64,000 bases of DNA, from NCBI GenBank assembly GCA_003248805.1, contig QFQY01000014.1, positions 41,000-104,999 of the forward strand, given 5' to 3'. Shown one piece after another: positions 9,286-20,043 of this stretch. The DNA is from Chelatococcus sp. GTDB lineage: Bacteria; Pseudomonadota; Alphaproteobacteria; Rhizobiales; Beijerinckiaceae. A program made the position numbers and the translations under genes. Below the pieces are notes generated by a model, which did no database searches, had not been told where the DNA came from, and was given only the letters and a program-made list of their open reading frames with translations. Position 1 is the stretch's first letter; the number at the start of each line of letters is the position of its first letter.

Positions 9286-9636
9286 TCAATGCGGCCAGGG
9301 CGTGCCGTGCCGCTCGGCCAGCACTTCGAGGATGCGGCGCGTATCGTTGAGGAAACGGCGGCCATCGATTTCGCCCGCGTCGGGCGGAGCGGTGGAGGGG
9401 TCCGCGAAGACGAGGACCGGCAGGCCCTGATGAGCCTCGTCCAGTGCCGCGATCACCGCCTCGCGCGGTCGGGCGAAAGGCACGCGCCGGATCTCGATGG
9501 AGTCGTTCAGCGCGGGAAAGCTCGCCAGCACGCCCTCGATCTGGTTGCAGAACGGGCAGAACCACAGCTTGCCCGGCAGCTTCGGGTCCTCGAAGCCGGG
9601 CTGGATCAGAAAGATGGTATCGCGCGGGGCGCTCAT
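9286..9636 (-). CDS. Small thioredoxin-fold-like protein with a CPFC motif (DUF3088-like)
   Basis: 116 aa, MSAPRDTIFLIQPGFEDPKLPGKLWFCPFCNQIEGVL. The family name is from memory of DUF3088 sequences. The CxxC motif is seen directly. Confidence 0.6.
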   Translation of the reverse strand: MSAPRDTIFLIQPGFEDPKLPGKLWFCPFCNQIEGVLASFPALNDSIEIRRVPFARPREAVIAALDEAHQGLPVLVFADPSTAPPDAGEIDGRRFLNDTRRILEVLAERHGTPWPH

Positions 9637-9733
9637 GATCGTGATGGCTCCTTCGAGTGGGGCTGGACGGGCGAAGGGCGGCCATCGGCAGCGATGTGGT
9701 TTGCCGGGGCGGCGGCCTGGCGGAAGCAGGGGT

Positions 9734-10660
9734 TCATCGCGGCTCGGACCCGATCGCGGCGCGCACTGTCCCGGCTGTCAGCTCAGGCCGGCACAGCTCG
9801 ATGAAGCGTTGGGCATAGCCCGGCAGAAAGCGGCCGCGCGGCACGGCGAGATAGGAGGTCGCCCGGGGGAAGAGATCGTCGGCGACCTTGACGAGATCGC
9901 GGTCGCGTTCCGGGTCGAAGGCGATTTCGGTGATGATTCCGAGACCAAGCCCGAGCGCGACATAGGACTTGATGACGTCGGAATCGATGGCGGAGACGAC
10001 GATGTCCGGCGACAGGCCACGCTCGCGGAAGGCCGCGTCGATCAGCGGTCGCCCGGTGAAGCCGTGGCCATAGGTGACGATCGGCCGCTCGGCGATTGTG
10101 GCGAGGTCGAGGCCGGTCCGGCCTGCGAAGGGATCGCCGCGGTCGGCGACGACGATGTGGCGCCAGCTATAGTAGGGAAAGGCGGCGAGTTCGGCGACGT
10201 TCGTCAGGCTTTCGGTCGCGATGCCGATATGGGCCGCGCCCTCGCGCAGGCGGGCGACGATGTCGCCGGGGTCGCCCTGGCTGATCGAGAGCCTGACCTG
10301 CGGAAACTGCGCCCGAAAGCGTTTGACGATGTCGGGCAGGGCGTAGCGCGCCTGGGTGTGGGTTGTGGCGATCACGAGCTCACCCGCCGACGGGTCGCGG
10401 AGATGGCCGGTCACGCGCTTGATGCTCGTCGCGTCGGCGAGGATGCGCTCGACATAGCCGAGAACGGCGCGCCCGGCTTCCGTGAGACCGAGCATGCGCT
10501 TGCCGCGCCGTTCGAACAGCGCGACGCCGAGTTCGAGCTCGAGATCCTTGATGTGCTTGGAGACGCCGGATTGCGAGGTGTTCAGCGCGGCCGCCGCCTC
10601 GGTGAAGTTGAAGCCGCTGCGGACGGCTTCCTGAACAATGCGGAGCTGCTGCAGGTTCAT
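9734..10660 (-). CDS. LysR-family transcriptional regulator, CysB/Cbl-like
   Basis: Starts MNLQQLRIVQEAVRSGFNFTEAAAALNTSQSGVSKHIKDLE (ATG complement of 10658-10660), the CysB-type HTH. The upstream extension of track ORF 9734..11011 is rejected. Confidence 0.85.
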   Translation of the reverse strand: MNLQQLRIVQEAVRSGFNFTEAAAALNTSQSGVSKHIKDLELELGVALFERRGKRMLGLTEAGRAVLGYVERILADATSIKRVTGHLRDPSAGELVIATTHTQARYALPDIVKRFRAQFPQVRLSISQGDPGDIVARLREGAAHIGIATESLTNVAELAAFPYYSWRHIVVADRGDPFAGRTGLDLATIAERPIVTYGHGFTGRPLIDAAFRERGLSPDIVVSAIDSDVIKSYVALGLGLGIITEIAFDPERDRDLVKVADDLFPRATSYLAVPRGRFLPGYAQRFIELCRPELTAGTVRAAIGSEPR

Positions 10661-10980
10661 CGATGAGGGAAGGGGTCTGGCGATCCGGACACGAGGGGCG
10701 AAGGCCGCGATCATAGGAGGCCGGCGCGAGGGTATCTTTCCGAAGTCGGCCTCGCCCGGAGGAGGACTTCCGCCCTGGCGCGGCGCCGGCGAATGCGCTC
10801 TTCCGCAGGCCTGCCCTCGCGACGGCCGGAAGCCTTGGCGGAGCCGGCTTCCCTGACGAGCGCACCCCGTTCCGAAGGCCGCGGACGAGCGAGGGCGTTG
10901 TCGCGAATTTTCGCCGCGGCAGAGAAGAAGTTCTGCCTGATCCCGGTTTCGAGGAGAAGCGAGCGTTCGAATTTCGAGCT

Positions 10981-10999
10981 TTATCGGCCTCAACGATAA
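10981..10999. promoter_or_regulatory. Candidate LysR-type operator (T-N11-A dyad) upstream of the 11086 operon
   Basis: Perfect dyad TTATCG-GCCTCAA-CGATAA in an AT-richer patch about 87 nt upstream of ATG 11086. It lies between the divergent CysB-like gene and the nine-gene operon. Confidence 0.35.
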
Positions 11000-11085
11000 G
11001 AAAATTCTCAATCCTTATTTAGCCGAACGGCCGCGTACCGCGACAATCGCCGCCAATCGCCCTCGACGGGCCTGCGGAGCGGAAC

Positions 11086-12060
11086 ATGACCTACGCGCTG
11101 AGTCTTCTCGACAAGAGCCCGATCGCGGACGGCTCGACACCCGAGCAGGCGCTCGCCGATTCCGTCGCCTATGCACGCCATGCCGAGCGGCTCGGCTATC
11201 ATCGCTTCTGGCTGGCGGAGCACCACGGCAACGGCGAGGTCGCGGGTGTCGCTCCCGAAATCCTGGCGGCCTGGATTCTGGCGTCGACCGACCGCATCCG
11301 CGTCGGCTCCGGCGGGGTGATGCTGCAGCATTACAGCCCCTTCAAGGTCGCGGAGAGCTTCAAGCTGCTCTCCGCCCTGGCACCCGGCCGCGTCGATCTC
11401 GGCATCGGCCGGGCGCCGGGCGGGCTGCCTCTGGCGACGCAGGCGCTTCAGTCGCGTCTCGACCGGTCGGCGCCGGCGGATTTCACCGCTCTGGTCGAGG
11501 CGCTCGACGGCTATCTGAATGATGACCTCGCCCGGCCGCTCGCCCGCGTCGCGCCGCGGCGCATTCTGCTGGGCGGCTCGCCGGAGAGCGGTGCTCTCGC
11601 CGCGCGCCTCGGCTGGGAATTCGTCTTCGCCGGTCATTTCAACGGCGACGCCGCGCTCATCGAAGCGAGCCTCGGGGCCTATCGTGCCGGCGGCGGCCAC
11701 GCGCCGGCGCTGGCGGTGCATGCCTTCGCGGCCGCCTCTTCGGCGGCGGCGCGGGAAGCGGTGCGCGAGACACGGATCTTCCGCGTGACCCTGTCGGACG
11801 GTCGTGCCGTGAACCTGCGCAGCCGCGAGCAGGCCGAGAGCTTCGCCCGTCAGGCGGGCGACACGCAGTTCACGATCCGCGAAACCCATCCCCACGTCAT
11901 CGCCGGCACGGGCGAGGAGGTCCGCGCCGAACTCGATGCCCTGGGCGAACGCTTCGGCGTGGCCGAGTTCGTGCTCGACAACCCGGTTCGGGACGCGGCC
12001 GCACGACGGCAGTCCATCGAGCTGATCGCCGCCGCCGGCGCCCGCCGGGCCGCGGCCTGA
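11086..12060 (+). CDS. LLM-class flavin-dependent oxidoreductase (luciferase-family group 1, YhbW/YtmO-like)
   Basis: 324 aa. LSLLDKSPI…[15 protein letters not shown]…[17 protein letters not shown]…[10 protein letters not shown] is characteristic of this LLM subgroup. Confidence 0.85.
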   Translation: MTYALSLLDKSPIADGSTPEQALADSVAYARHAERLGYHRFWLAEHHGNGEVAGVAPEILAAWILASTDRIRVGSGGVMLQHYSPFKVAESFKLLSALAPGRVDLGIGRAPGGLPLATQALQSRLDRSAPADFTALVEALDGYLNDDLARPLARVAPRRILLGGSPESGALAARLGWEFVFAGHFNGDAALIEASLGAYRAGGGHAPALAVHAFAAASSAAAREAVRETRIFRVTLSDGRAVNLRSREQAESFARQAGDTQFTIRETHPHVIAGTGEEVRAELDALGERFGVAEFVLDNPVRDAAARRQSIELIAAAGARRAAA

Positions 12061-12095
12061 CCCTTCATCACTCTCGCATCCGACGAGGCCTGTCC

Positions 12096-13448
12096 ATGAG
12101 CGCGACCGCTGCGAAACCCGTCTCCTTCGGCATCATGCTGCATGGCGCCGGCGGGCATATGAACGCCTGGCGCCACCCGTCCGGCCCGGCCGATGCCAGC
12201 GTCAACCTGGACTTCTACATCGATACCGCCCGCAAGGCGGAGGCCGCCGGCATCGCCTTCGCCTTCGTGGCGGACGGGCTCTACATCAACGAAAAGTCGA
12301 TCCCGCATTTCCTCAACCGCTTCGAACCGCTGACGATCCTCTCGGCGCTGGCGGTCGCGACGACGAAGATCGGGCTCGCGGGCACGGTCTCGACCTCTTA
12401 TTCGGACCCCTTCACCGTCGCCCGGCAATTCGCCTCGCTCGATCTGATCTCGAAGGGGCGCGCCGGCTGGAACGTCGTCACGACGCCGCTCGAGGGCTCG
12501 GCGAAGAACTACAGCCGCCCGCATCCCGAGCACGCGCTGCGCTACGAGATCGCCGACGAATATCTCGAGGTCACGCAGGGGCTGTGGGATTCCTGGGACG
12601 AGGACGCATTCCCGCGCGACCGCGAGAGCAGCCGCTTCTTCGATCCCGCCAAGCTGCACCGGCTCGACCACAAGGGGCGCTTCTTCCAGGTCGAGGGGCC
12701 GCTCAACATCGCTCGCTCGAAGCAGGGCCAGCCGGTGATCTTCCAGGCAGGCTCCTCCGATGCCGGCATCAAGCTCGCCGGCAAATATGCCGACGCCGTC
12801 TTCACCCATTCGCCCTCGCTCGACGAGACGAAGGCGTTCCGCGACCAGGTTCGCGCCGCCGCCGTCGCCCATGGCCGCAGGGCCGACGACGTCAAGGTCT
12901 TCCCGGGCATCGGCCCGATCGTCGGCCGCACGGCGGAAGAGGCGCAGGCGAAATACGAGGTCATCCGCAACCTGCTCTCGATCGACGACGCGCTGGCCTA
13001 TCTCGGCCGCTTCTTCGACCATCACGACTTCACGCAGTACCCGCTCGACGCGCCGTTCCCGGAACTCGGAGACATCGGCAAGAACAGCTTCCGTTCGACG
13101 ACCGACCGCATCAAGAAGACGGCGCGGGAGAAGAACCAGACCTTGCGGGAAGCGGCGCTGGCGGCCGCGACGCCGAAGCCCAATTTTATCGGCACCGGCG
13201 CGCATGTCGCCGGCGAGATCATCCGCTGGATCGACGCGGGCGCGGCGGACGGGTTCATCCTCGGCTTCTCGGTCACGGCCGAGGGGCTCGCCGATTTCGT
13301 CGAGCTGGTCGTGCCCGAGCTGGAGGCGCGCGGCCGCTACAGCCGCGATCTCGCCGGGCAGACCCTGCGCGACCATCTCGGCCTGCCGTTCAAGCCGAGC
13401 CGCCATGCACAGGCGCAGCCCGCTCCCGCGCTGGCGGTGGCCGGATGA
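12096..13448 (+). CDS. NtaA/SnaA/DszA-family FMN-dependent monooxygenase
   Basis: 450 aa. [18 protein letters not shown]…[19 protein letters not shown]…[14 protein letters not shown]. Confidence 0.85.
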   Translation: MSATAAKPVSFGIMLHGAGGHMNAWRHPSGPADASVNLDFYIDTARKAEAAGIAFAFVADGLYINEKSIPHFLNRFEPLTILSALAVATTKIGLAGTVSTSYSDPFTVARQFASLDLISKGRAGWNVVTTPLEGSAKNYSRPHPEHALRYEIADEYLEVTQGLWDSWDEDAFPRDRESSRFFDPAKLHRLDHKGRFFQVEGPLNIARSKQGQPVIFQAGSSDAGIKLAGKYADAVFTHSPSLDETKAFRDQVRAAAVAHGRRADDVKVFPGIGPIVGRTAEEAQAKYEVIRNLLSIDDALAYLGRFFDHHDFTQYPLDAPFPELGDIGKNSFRSTTDRIKKTAREKNQTLREAALAAATPKPNFIGTGAHVAGEIIRWIDAGAADGFILGFSVTAEGLADFVELVVPELEARGRYSRDLAGQTLRDHLGLPFKPSRHAQAQPAPALAVAG

Positions 13449-14623
13449 ACGCGCCGGTCCGGAACCCGTCGCCGATTCTTCCCGAGGTCGCGGAGGAGCT
13501 CGACCGCTTCATCGCCCTGCGCCGTCATTTCCACCGGAACCCGGAACTCTCGACGCAGGAGCGGGAGACGGCCCGGCACATCGCGGAACTGCTCGCCGAA
13601 TGGGGCTACGAGGTCGAGACCGGGATCGGCGGCGAGGGCGTGGTCGGCACGCTGCGTCTGGGAACCGGCACGAAGGCGCTGGGCATCCGGGCCGATTTCG
13701 ACGCGCTGCCGATCGCCGAGGCGACGAACCTGCCGCATGCCAGCCGGAACGCCGGTGTAATGCATGCCTGCGGCCATGACGGGCACACCACGATCCTGCT
13801 CGCCGCCGCCCGGGCGCTCGCCCGTCGCGGGCGCTTCGACGGCACGCTGCGGCTGATCTTTCAGCCGGCCGAGGAGATTTCGGTCGGCGCCAGAAACATG
13901 ATCCGCGAGCGTCTGTTCGAGCGCTTTCCAGTCGATGCGATCTTCGGACTGCACAACTGGCCGGGCGTGCCGGAGGGCGTGTTCGGCTTCGTCGACGGAC
14001 CCGCCATGGCGGCGGTCGACCGGGCCGTGATCAGGATCGTCGGACGCGGTGGTCACGGCGCCGCGCCGCACGAGACGGTCGATCCCGTCCTCGCCGCGGC
14101 CCATGTGGTGACCGCGCTGCAGAGCCTTGTCTCCCGCAACGTTCCCCCGCTGGAGACCGCCGTCGTCACGGTCGGCTCGATCCATGGTGGCACGGCTTCC
14201 AACGTGATCCCGGATTCGGTCGAGCTCCAGGCGACGATCCGCAGCTTTTCGCCGGCCGTGCGCCGGCTCCTCTCCGAGCGCCTGCCGGCTCTGGTGAAGG
14301 CTCAGGCGCAGGCCTTCGGCGCGACGGCGGAGGTCGAGTACCGGCTCGGAATGCCGGCCGTGGTCAACCATGCGGGCCCGTCGCAGTTCGCGCGCGAAAC
14401 GGCATTGTCCGTCTTCGGCGCCGCCGGGGTGGAGCCGCATCTGGCGCCGCGTACGGCGAGCGAGGATTTCGCCTATTTCCTGGAGGAGCGTCCCGGCGCC
14501 TTTCTGTTCGTCGGAGCGGGCGAGGGCGCGCCGCTGCATTCCCCCCACTACGATTTCAACGACGCGCTGATCGCGCCGGCCGCGACCTATTGGACCCGGC
14601 TCGCCGAGCGCTTTCTCGCCTGA
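13445..14623 (+). CDS. M20-family amidohydrolase (hippurate hydrolase / N-acyl-amino-acid deacylase type)
   Basis: ATG 13445 overlaps the preceding stop (ATGA). It has [12 protein letters not shown]…[10 protein letters not shown]…GGHGAAPH…SEDFAYF motifs. Confidence 0.9.
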   Translation: MNAPVRNPSPILPEVAEELDRFIALRRHFHRNPELSTQERETARHIAELLAEWGYEVETGIGGEGVVGTLRLGTGTKALGIRADFDALPIAEATNLPHASRNAGVMHACGHDGHTTILLAAARALARRGRFDGTLRLIFQPAEEISVGARNMIRERLFERFPVDAIFGLHNWPGVPEGVFGFVDGPAMAAVDRAVIRIVGRGGHGAAPHETVDPVLAAAHVVTALQSLVSRNVPPLETAVVTVGSIHGGTASNVIPDSVELQATIRSFSPAVRRLLSERLPALVKAQAQAFGATAEVEYRLGMPAVVNHAGPSQFARETALSVFGAAGVEPHLAPRTASEDFAYFLEERPGAFLFVGAGEGAPLHSPHYDFNDALIAPAATYWTRLAERFLA

Positions 14624-14638
14624 AGACGGGAAAAGCCG

Positions 14639-15166
14639 ATGTCAGACATGTTCTTCTCCACCAGCCCGACCGACCCTGCGGCCCAGCCCCTCGTCCAGGA
14701 TCTGATCCGCGAATATGATGGGCGCTATGGCGACGTTCCCGGCCGCGCTCCGGCCGTCGTCGAGCTCAATCGCTACGCGCCGGAACTCTTCTTGCCGCCG
14801 CGCGGGCGCTTCCTGCTGCTGTTGCGCGACGGAGAGCCGATCGCCGGCGGCGCCTTCATGCCCCATGCCGAGCCCGAGACGGCCGAGGTCAAGCGCGTCT
14901 GGGCGCGTTCGGACCTGCGCCGCCAGGGGCTGGCCGCCCGCGTCGTCCGCGAACTCGAGCGCCTGGCCTGGGAGCAGGGCTACCGCCACTTCTACCTGAC
15001 CACCGGCAGCCGCCAGCCCGAGGCGGTCGGGCTCTATCTGTCGCTCGGTTACGAGCCGCATTTCGACCTGAACGTCGATGCCACCCAATTCAGCCATCTG
15101 CCTTTCCGCAAGCGCCTCGTCGCGCCGGCCGGTCGCGTCGCCGAGGCGCTCGCCTTTTCGGCCTGA
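14639..15166 (+). CDS. GNAT-family N-acetyltransferase (paralog of 8279..8905)
   Basis: 175 aa. AQPLVQDLIREYDGRYG…RRQGLAARVVRELERLAWEQGY. Confidence 0.85.
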   Translation: MSDMFFSTSPTDPAAQPLVQDLIREYDGRYGDVPGRAPAVVELNRYAPELFLPPRGRFLLLLRDGEPIAGGAFMPHAEPETAEVKRVWARSDLRRQGLAARVVRELERLAWEQGYRHFYLTTGSRQPEAVGLYLSLGYEPHFDLNVDATQFSHLPFRKRLVAPAGRVAEALAFSA

Positions 15167-15193
15167 GCCCCCACACCGTCAAAGGATCCAGCC

Positions 15194-16960
15194 ATGACCC
15201 TTGCCCTCGACGGCCGTGCCGCGACCGTTCCCCCGACATCCGTGCATGCGGGAGGCGCCGGGCTCCGGATCGTTCCGGCCCGCAATCCCTGGCGCATCCT
15301 CGGCGGCGCCTTCGCGCTGCTCGTCGTCCTCGCGGTGCTGAACTCGGTGCTGGGCAATCCGCGCTGGGGCTGGGACGTGTTCGCGGAGTGGTTCTTCGCC
15401 GAGCCGGTTCTGGTCGGCCTCGGCCGGACGCTGCTTCTGACGCTGCTCGGCGCCGTGCTCGGCTTCACCTTCGGGGCGCTGCTGGCGCTGGCGCGGCTCT
15501 CCGGCTCGGCCCCGCTGGCGGCGGTGTCCTGGACCTTCGTCTGGATCTTCCGCTCGATCCCCCTGATCGTGCTGCTGCTGATCCTCAACAATCTCGGCTA
15601 TCTCTATGAGACCGTCTCGCTCGGCGTGCCCTTCACCGGCTGGACGCTGTTCTCCTACCCGACGACGCAGCTCATCAGCCCCTTCATGGCGGCGGTGCTC
15701 GGGCTGACGCTGAATCAGGCCGCCTTCTCCGCCGAGTTCATCCGCGGCGGGCTGCTCGCGGTCGACCAGGGCCAGCACGAGGCCGCGGCCGCGCTGGGGC
15801 TGCCGAAGCGGCGCCAGTTCTTCCGCATCGTGCTGCCGCAGGCGATGCGCTCGATCACGCCCACCGCCTTCAACGACATCATCGGCCTCGCGAAGGGCAC
15901 CTCCAACGTCTACATCCTGGCGCTGCCGGAGCTGTTCTACACCGTCCAGGTCATCTACCGCCGCAATCTGGAGGTGATCCCGCTGCTGATGGTGGCGACG
16001 GTGTGGTATCTCGTCATCCTGACCGCGCTGTCGGTGGTCCAGTCCCAAATCGAGCGCTACTACGCCCGCGGCGCGCTCCGTCAGCAGAAGCCTTCGGTCT
16101 TCGCTCCGCTGCTGCGGCTCTTCGCCCGGGGCAGGACGAATGCAGCGGCGGAGCCACTCGCACCGTCATCGGCGCCCACCGCGCCGCTCGCTCATCGCCG
16201 GGGCGGCGAGATCGCCATCCGGAGCGTCTCGAAGAGCTTCGGCGAGCTCAAGGTGCTCGACGACGTCTCGCTGACGCTGCCCTCCGGCTCGGTCACAGCG
16301 ATCATCGGACCGTCCGGCTCGGGCAAATCGACGCTGCTGCGCTCGATCAACCATCTCGAACGCCTCGATCGCGGCGCGATCACGCTCGACGGCCAGCTCA
16401 TCGGCTATCGGCAGGAGGGCGAGCTTCTCTACGAACTGAAGGAGCGCGAGGTCCTGCGCCGGCGGGTCGATGTCGGCATGGTGTTCCAGAACTTCAACCT
16501 GTTCCCGCATCTGACCGCGCTGGAGAACGTCGTCGAGGCGCCGATCCATGCCCGCGGCGCGAGCCGCGCCGAAGCCGAGCTGGCGGCCCGCGACCTGCTC
16601 GCCCGCGTCGGCCTCTCCGACAAGGCCAACGCCTATCCGCGTCAGCTCTCGGGCGGCCAGCAGCAGCGCGTCGCCATCGCCCGCGCGCTGGCACTGAAGC
16701 CCAAGGCGCTGCTCTTCGACGAGCCGACCTCGGCGCTCGATCCCGAACTGGTCGGCGAGGTGCTGGCCGTCATCAAGGAGCTCGCCCGCTCGGGAGCGAC
16801 CCTCGTCATCGTCACCCATGAGATCGGCTTCGCCCGCGAGGTCGCCGACCAGGTCGTCTTCATGGATGGCGGCCGCATCGTCGAGGCCGGCCCGCCGGAG
16901 CGGGTGCTCGACGCCCCCGAACAGCGGCGCACCGCCGAATTCCTCGCCCGGGTGCTGTGA
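15194..16960 (+). CDS. Polar amino-acid ABC transporter, fused permease/ATP-binding protein
   Basis: Single 588-aa ORF. The N-terminal half is a HisM/GlnP-type permease (…[30 protein letters not shown]…). The C-terminal half is an ATPase ([35 protein letters not shown]). Confidence 0.85.
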   Translation: MTLALDGRAATVPPTSVHAGGAGLRIVPARNPWRILGGAFALLVVLAVLNSVLGNPRWGWDVFAEWFFAEPVLVGLGRTLLLTLLGAVLGFTFGALLALARLSGSAPLAAVSWTFVWIFRSIPLIVLLLILNNLGYLYETVSLGVPFTGWTLFSYPTTQLISPFMAAVLGLTLNQAAFSAEFIRGGLLAVDQGQHEAAAALGLPKRRQFFRIVLPQAMRSITPTAFNDIIGLAKGTSNVYILALPELFYTVQVIYRRNLEVIPLLMVATVWYLVILTALSVVQSQIERYYARGALRQQKPSVFAPLLRLFARGRTNAAAEPLAPSSAPTAPLAHRRGGEIAIRSVSKSFGELKVLDDVSLTLPSGSVTAIIGPSGSGKSTLLRSINHLERLDRGAITLDGQLIGYRQEGELLYELKEREVLRRRVDVGMVFQNFNLFPHLTALENVVEAPIHARGASRAEAELAARDLLARVGLSDKANAYPRQLSGGQQQRVAIARALALKPKALLFDEPTSALDPELVGEVLAVIKELARSGATLVIVTHEIGFAREVADQVVFMDGGRIVEAGPPERVLDAPEQRRTAEFLARVL

Positions 16961-17004
16961 AAGCGCCTCGTCCCCGATCGCCCTCCCGACCGAAAGGCCC
17001 TCCC

Positions 17005-17946
17005 ATGACCTCCTCGAACGCATTTTCCCGTCGCGTCCTGCTCGGCATCCTGGCCGGAGCCGCGCTCTGCCCCTCGCTCGCCTTCGCGCAGCAGAGTTTC
17101 GACCTCACCTCGGTCCAGAAGGGGCAGCCTCGTGCCGAGGCGGTGCCCGAGGCGATCAAGCTGCTGAAGGACGTGAAGCTCGCCAAGCCGGGCACCCTCA
17201 CCGTCGCCACGACGGGCACGCGCCTGCCCTTCGGCATCAACGCGACGGACGACCAGAAGGTTATCGTCGGCTCCGAGCCGGATATCGCCAGGCTCGTGGC
17301 CGACGGCCTCGGCCTGAAGCTCGAACTCGTGCAGGTGGCCTGGGCCGACTGGCCGCTCGGCGTAACCTCGGGCAAGTACGACGCGGCGATCTCGAACATC
17401 ACCGTCACGGAGCAGCGCAAGGAGAAGTTCGACTTCTCGACCTACCGCAAGGACCAGCTCGGCCTGTACGCCAGCCTCAAGAGCGGCATCAAGGAGATTT
17501 CCAGGCCGGAAGACATCGCCGGCCTCAGGGTGATCGTCTCCTCCGGCACCAACCAGGAGCAGATCCTGCTCCGCTGGATCAAGGCCAACGAGGCCAAGGG
17601 CCTGAAGACCACCGAGGTGCAGTATTATGACGACGACGTCGTGCTCTATCTCGCCCTCGATTCCGGCCGTGCCGACGTCTATTTCGGCCCCAACGGCATC
17701 CTGGGCTTCAAGGCCGCGCAGACCGGTACGACCCGCCTCGTCGGTTCCTTCTCAGGCGGCTGGCCGGAGACGGCCGAGATCGCCGTGACGACGAAGAAGG
17801 GCGCCGGCTTCGCCGATGCGATCACCGCCGTGCTCAACGCCCAGATCAAGAACGGCAACTATCAGAAGTCGCTGGCGCGCTGGGGCCTCTCGGCGGAGGC
17901 GATCGAGCTCTCCCGCAGCAATCCGGCCGGGCTGCCGAAAAGCTGA
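17005..17946 (+). CDS. Polar amino-acid ABC transporter substrate-binding protein (family 3), copy 1
   Basis: Starts MTSSNAFSRRVLLGILAGAALCPSLAFAQ (signal peptide), followed by …GSEPDIARLVADGLGLKLELVQVAWADWPLGVTSGKYDAAISNITVTEQRKEKFDFS. Confidence 0.85.
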   Translation: MTSSNAFSRRVLLGILAGAALCPSLAFAQQSFDLTSVQKGQPRAEAVPEAIKLLKDVKLAKPGTLTVATTGTRLPFGINATDDQKVIVGSEPDIARLVADGLGLKLELVQVAWADWPLGVTSGKYDAAISNITVTEQRKEKFDFSTYRKDQLGLYASLKSGIKEISRPEDIAGLRVIVSSGTNQEQILLRWIKANEAKGLKTTEVQYYDDDVVLYLALDSGRADVYFGPNGILGFKAAQTGTTRLVGSFSGGWPETAEIAVTTKKGAGFADAITAVLNAQIKNGNYQKSLARWGLSAEAIELSRSNPAGLPKS

Positions 17947-18050
17947 TGGCCGGAATCCTACGGCCCGAGCGCCCGCCGGCGCGCCGTCGCCGGGCGTTGT
18001 CCCCTCGACCTGCGGGGGCGCCACCGGCGCCCCTCGTTCGGAGCTTTGTC

Positions 18051-18974
18051 ATGATCACCCGCCGGGCGGCCATCGCCGCCGCCATCGCCCTGACACTCGC
18101 GGCGCCCGCCTTCGCCCAATCCATCTACGACCTCGGCCCCGAGCAGCCGGGCAGGCCGCGCACCAAACCCAATCCGGCCGCGATCGCGGCGATCTCGAAG
18201 GACTACAAGTTCGTCGAGCCCGGCGTACTCACGGTCGCGACAAACGCCAGCACGCCGCCGCTGGCGACCTATGCGACCGATTCCAAGACGTTGGTCGGCG
18301 CCGATCCCGATGTCGCCCAGCTCATCGCCGACGGCCTCGGCCTCAAGCTGAAGCTCGTGCCGACACCCTGGGCCGACTGGCCGCTCGGTGTGCTCTCGGG
18401 CAAATACGACGCGGCGATCTCGAATATCGGCGTCACCGAACAGCGCAAGGAGAAGTTCGATTTCTCCAGCTATCGGCTTGGGCTCCACGGCTTCTTCGTC
18501 AAGGCCGACAGCAAGGTCGACAAGATCGCCGAGCCGAAGGACGCGGCGGGGCTGCGCGTCGTGCTCGGCGCGGGCACCAATCAGGAACGCATCCTGCTCG
18601 AATGGAGCAAGCAGAACGTTGCGGCCGGCCTCAAGCCGATCGAGCTCATCACCTTCGACGACGAGGCCAACCGGCTTCTGGCGCTCTCCTCCGGACGCGC
18701 CGACGTCATCGTCCAGCCTCATGCGCAGCTTCTCTTCATCCAGCAGCGCGACCGGAACATCCGGCGCGTCGGCGTGCTCAGCGCCGGCTGGCCCGAGCGC
18801 TCGGACGTCGCGGTCGCGACCCGCAAGGGCGCCGGCATCGCCGAGGCGATCACGCTCGCGCTGGATGGCGCCTATCGCGACGGCAGTTTCGACGCCGCGC
18901 TGAAACGGTGGGGCGTCGAGGAGGAACGCCTCGACAGGCCGCAGACCAATCCCCGCGGCCTGCCGAAATATTGA
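18051..18974 (+). CDS. Polar amino-acid ABC transporter substrate-binding protein (family 3), copy 2 (tandem paralog)
   Basis: Starts MITRRAAIAAAIALTLAAPAFAQ. …GADPDVAQLIADGLGLKLKLVPTPWADWPLGVLSGKYDAAISNIGVTEQRKEKFDFS is nearly the same core as copy 1. Confidence 0.85.
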   Translation: MITRRAAIAAAIALTLAAPAFAQSIYDLGPEQPGRPRTKPNPAAIAAISKDYKFVEPGVLTVATNASTPPLATYATDSKTLVGADPDVAQLIADGLGLKLKLVPTPWADWPLGVLSGKYDAAISNIGVTEQRKEKFDFSSYRLGLHGFFVKADSKVDKIAEPKDAAGLRVVLGAGTNQERILLEWSKQNVAAGLKPIELITFDDEANRLLALSSGRADVIVQPHAQLLFIQQRDRNIRRVGVLSAGWPERSDVAVATRKGAGIAEAITLALDGAYRDGSFDAALKRWGVEEERLDRPQTNPRGLPKY

Positions 18975-18981
18975 GGGCGTC

Positions 18982-20001
18982 ATGGCGATCGGTTCTCTCG
19001 GCTTCCTGACGCCCGGCAATTTCGAGGGGCACGATCCGGCTACCGGCCTCGAGCGCGGCCTCGACCTGTTCGTGCTGGGCGAGCGGCTGGGCTATGATTC
19101 GGCTTGGGTGCGCCAGCGCCATCTCGAGCGCGGCGTCTCGTCCGCCGCGACCTTCCTCGCGGCGGCGACGCAGCGCACGCGCCGCATCGGGCTCGGCACG
19201 GCGGTGATCCAGCTCGGCTACGAGAACCCGTTCCGCCTCGCCGAGGACCTCGCGACGGTCGACGCCCTGTCCCATGGGCGGCTGCAGATCGGCGTCAGCG
19301 TCGGCGCGCCCGCCCATTCCCACTATCTCGGCGCGCATTTCTTCGACGGCCATCCGGACGCCGTCGATTTCGGCTACGATCGCGCCCTGCGCCTGCGGGA
19401 CAATCTGCGCAGCCCGCTGCTCGGCGGCGAGGATGCGGTCATCGTCTCGCCGGCCGGGCCGCAGCGGCCGCGCCTGCATCCGGTCGTCCCCGGACTCGGC
19501 GAGCGCCTTTGGTACGGCGGCGGCTCGCTGCGCTCGGCCGCCTGGGCCGGGCAGAACGGCTTTCGCCTGCTGACCGGCAACATCGTCCAGGGCGAGACCA
19601 GCGACCGCTTCTTCGAGGCGCAGCAGCGGATCGTCGAAACCTTTCTCGACGCCTGGTCCGGGCCGGGAGCACCGCAGATCGCGCTCGGCCGGGTCATCGT
19701 GCCGACCGATGGCGCCGACGCGGCCTCGCGCCGCCGCTATGCGGATTACGCGCAGAGCCGAACGGCCCGCACGCAGGGCCCGCAAGGGCCCAAGCGCACG
19801 CTCTTCGCTCCCGATCTCGTCGGCAGCGCCGACCAGATCCTGACGCAGCTTCGCAGCGATCCGATCCTGCCCTACGCCACGGCCTTCAGGCTCGAGCTGC
19901 CTTATGATTTCGCGCTCGGCGAATACGAGCAGATTCTCGACGACGTGCTGCGCCTGGTCGCGCCGGAACTCGGCTGGCGGCTGCCGGCCGTGGCCGCGTG
20001 A
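18982..20001 (+). CDS. LLM-class flavin-dependent oxidoreductase
   Basis: 339 aa. MAIGSLGFLTPGN…GYDSAWVRQRH…VDALSHGRLQIGVS. Confidence 0.75.
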   Translation: MAIGSLGFLTPGNFEGHDPATGLERGLDLFVLGERLGYDSAWVRQRHLERGVSSAATFLAAATQRTRRIGLGTAVIQLGYENPFRLAEDLATVDALSHGRLQIGVSVGAPAHSHYLGAHFFDGHPDAVDFGYDRALRLRDNLRSPLLGGEDAVIVSPAGPQRPRLHPVVPGLGERLWYGGGSLRSAAWAGQNGFRLLTGNIVQGETSDRFFEAQQRIVETFLDAWSGPGAPQIALGRVIVPTDGADAASRRRYADYAQSRTARTQGPQGPKRTLFAPDLVGSADQILTQLRSDPILPYATAFRLELPYDFALGEYEQILDDVLRLVAPELGWRLPAVAA

Positions 20002-20043
20002 ACGCTCCCGCCGTCCCCCGCCCACCACGGACAGGTCTCCTCC

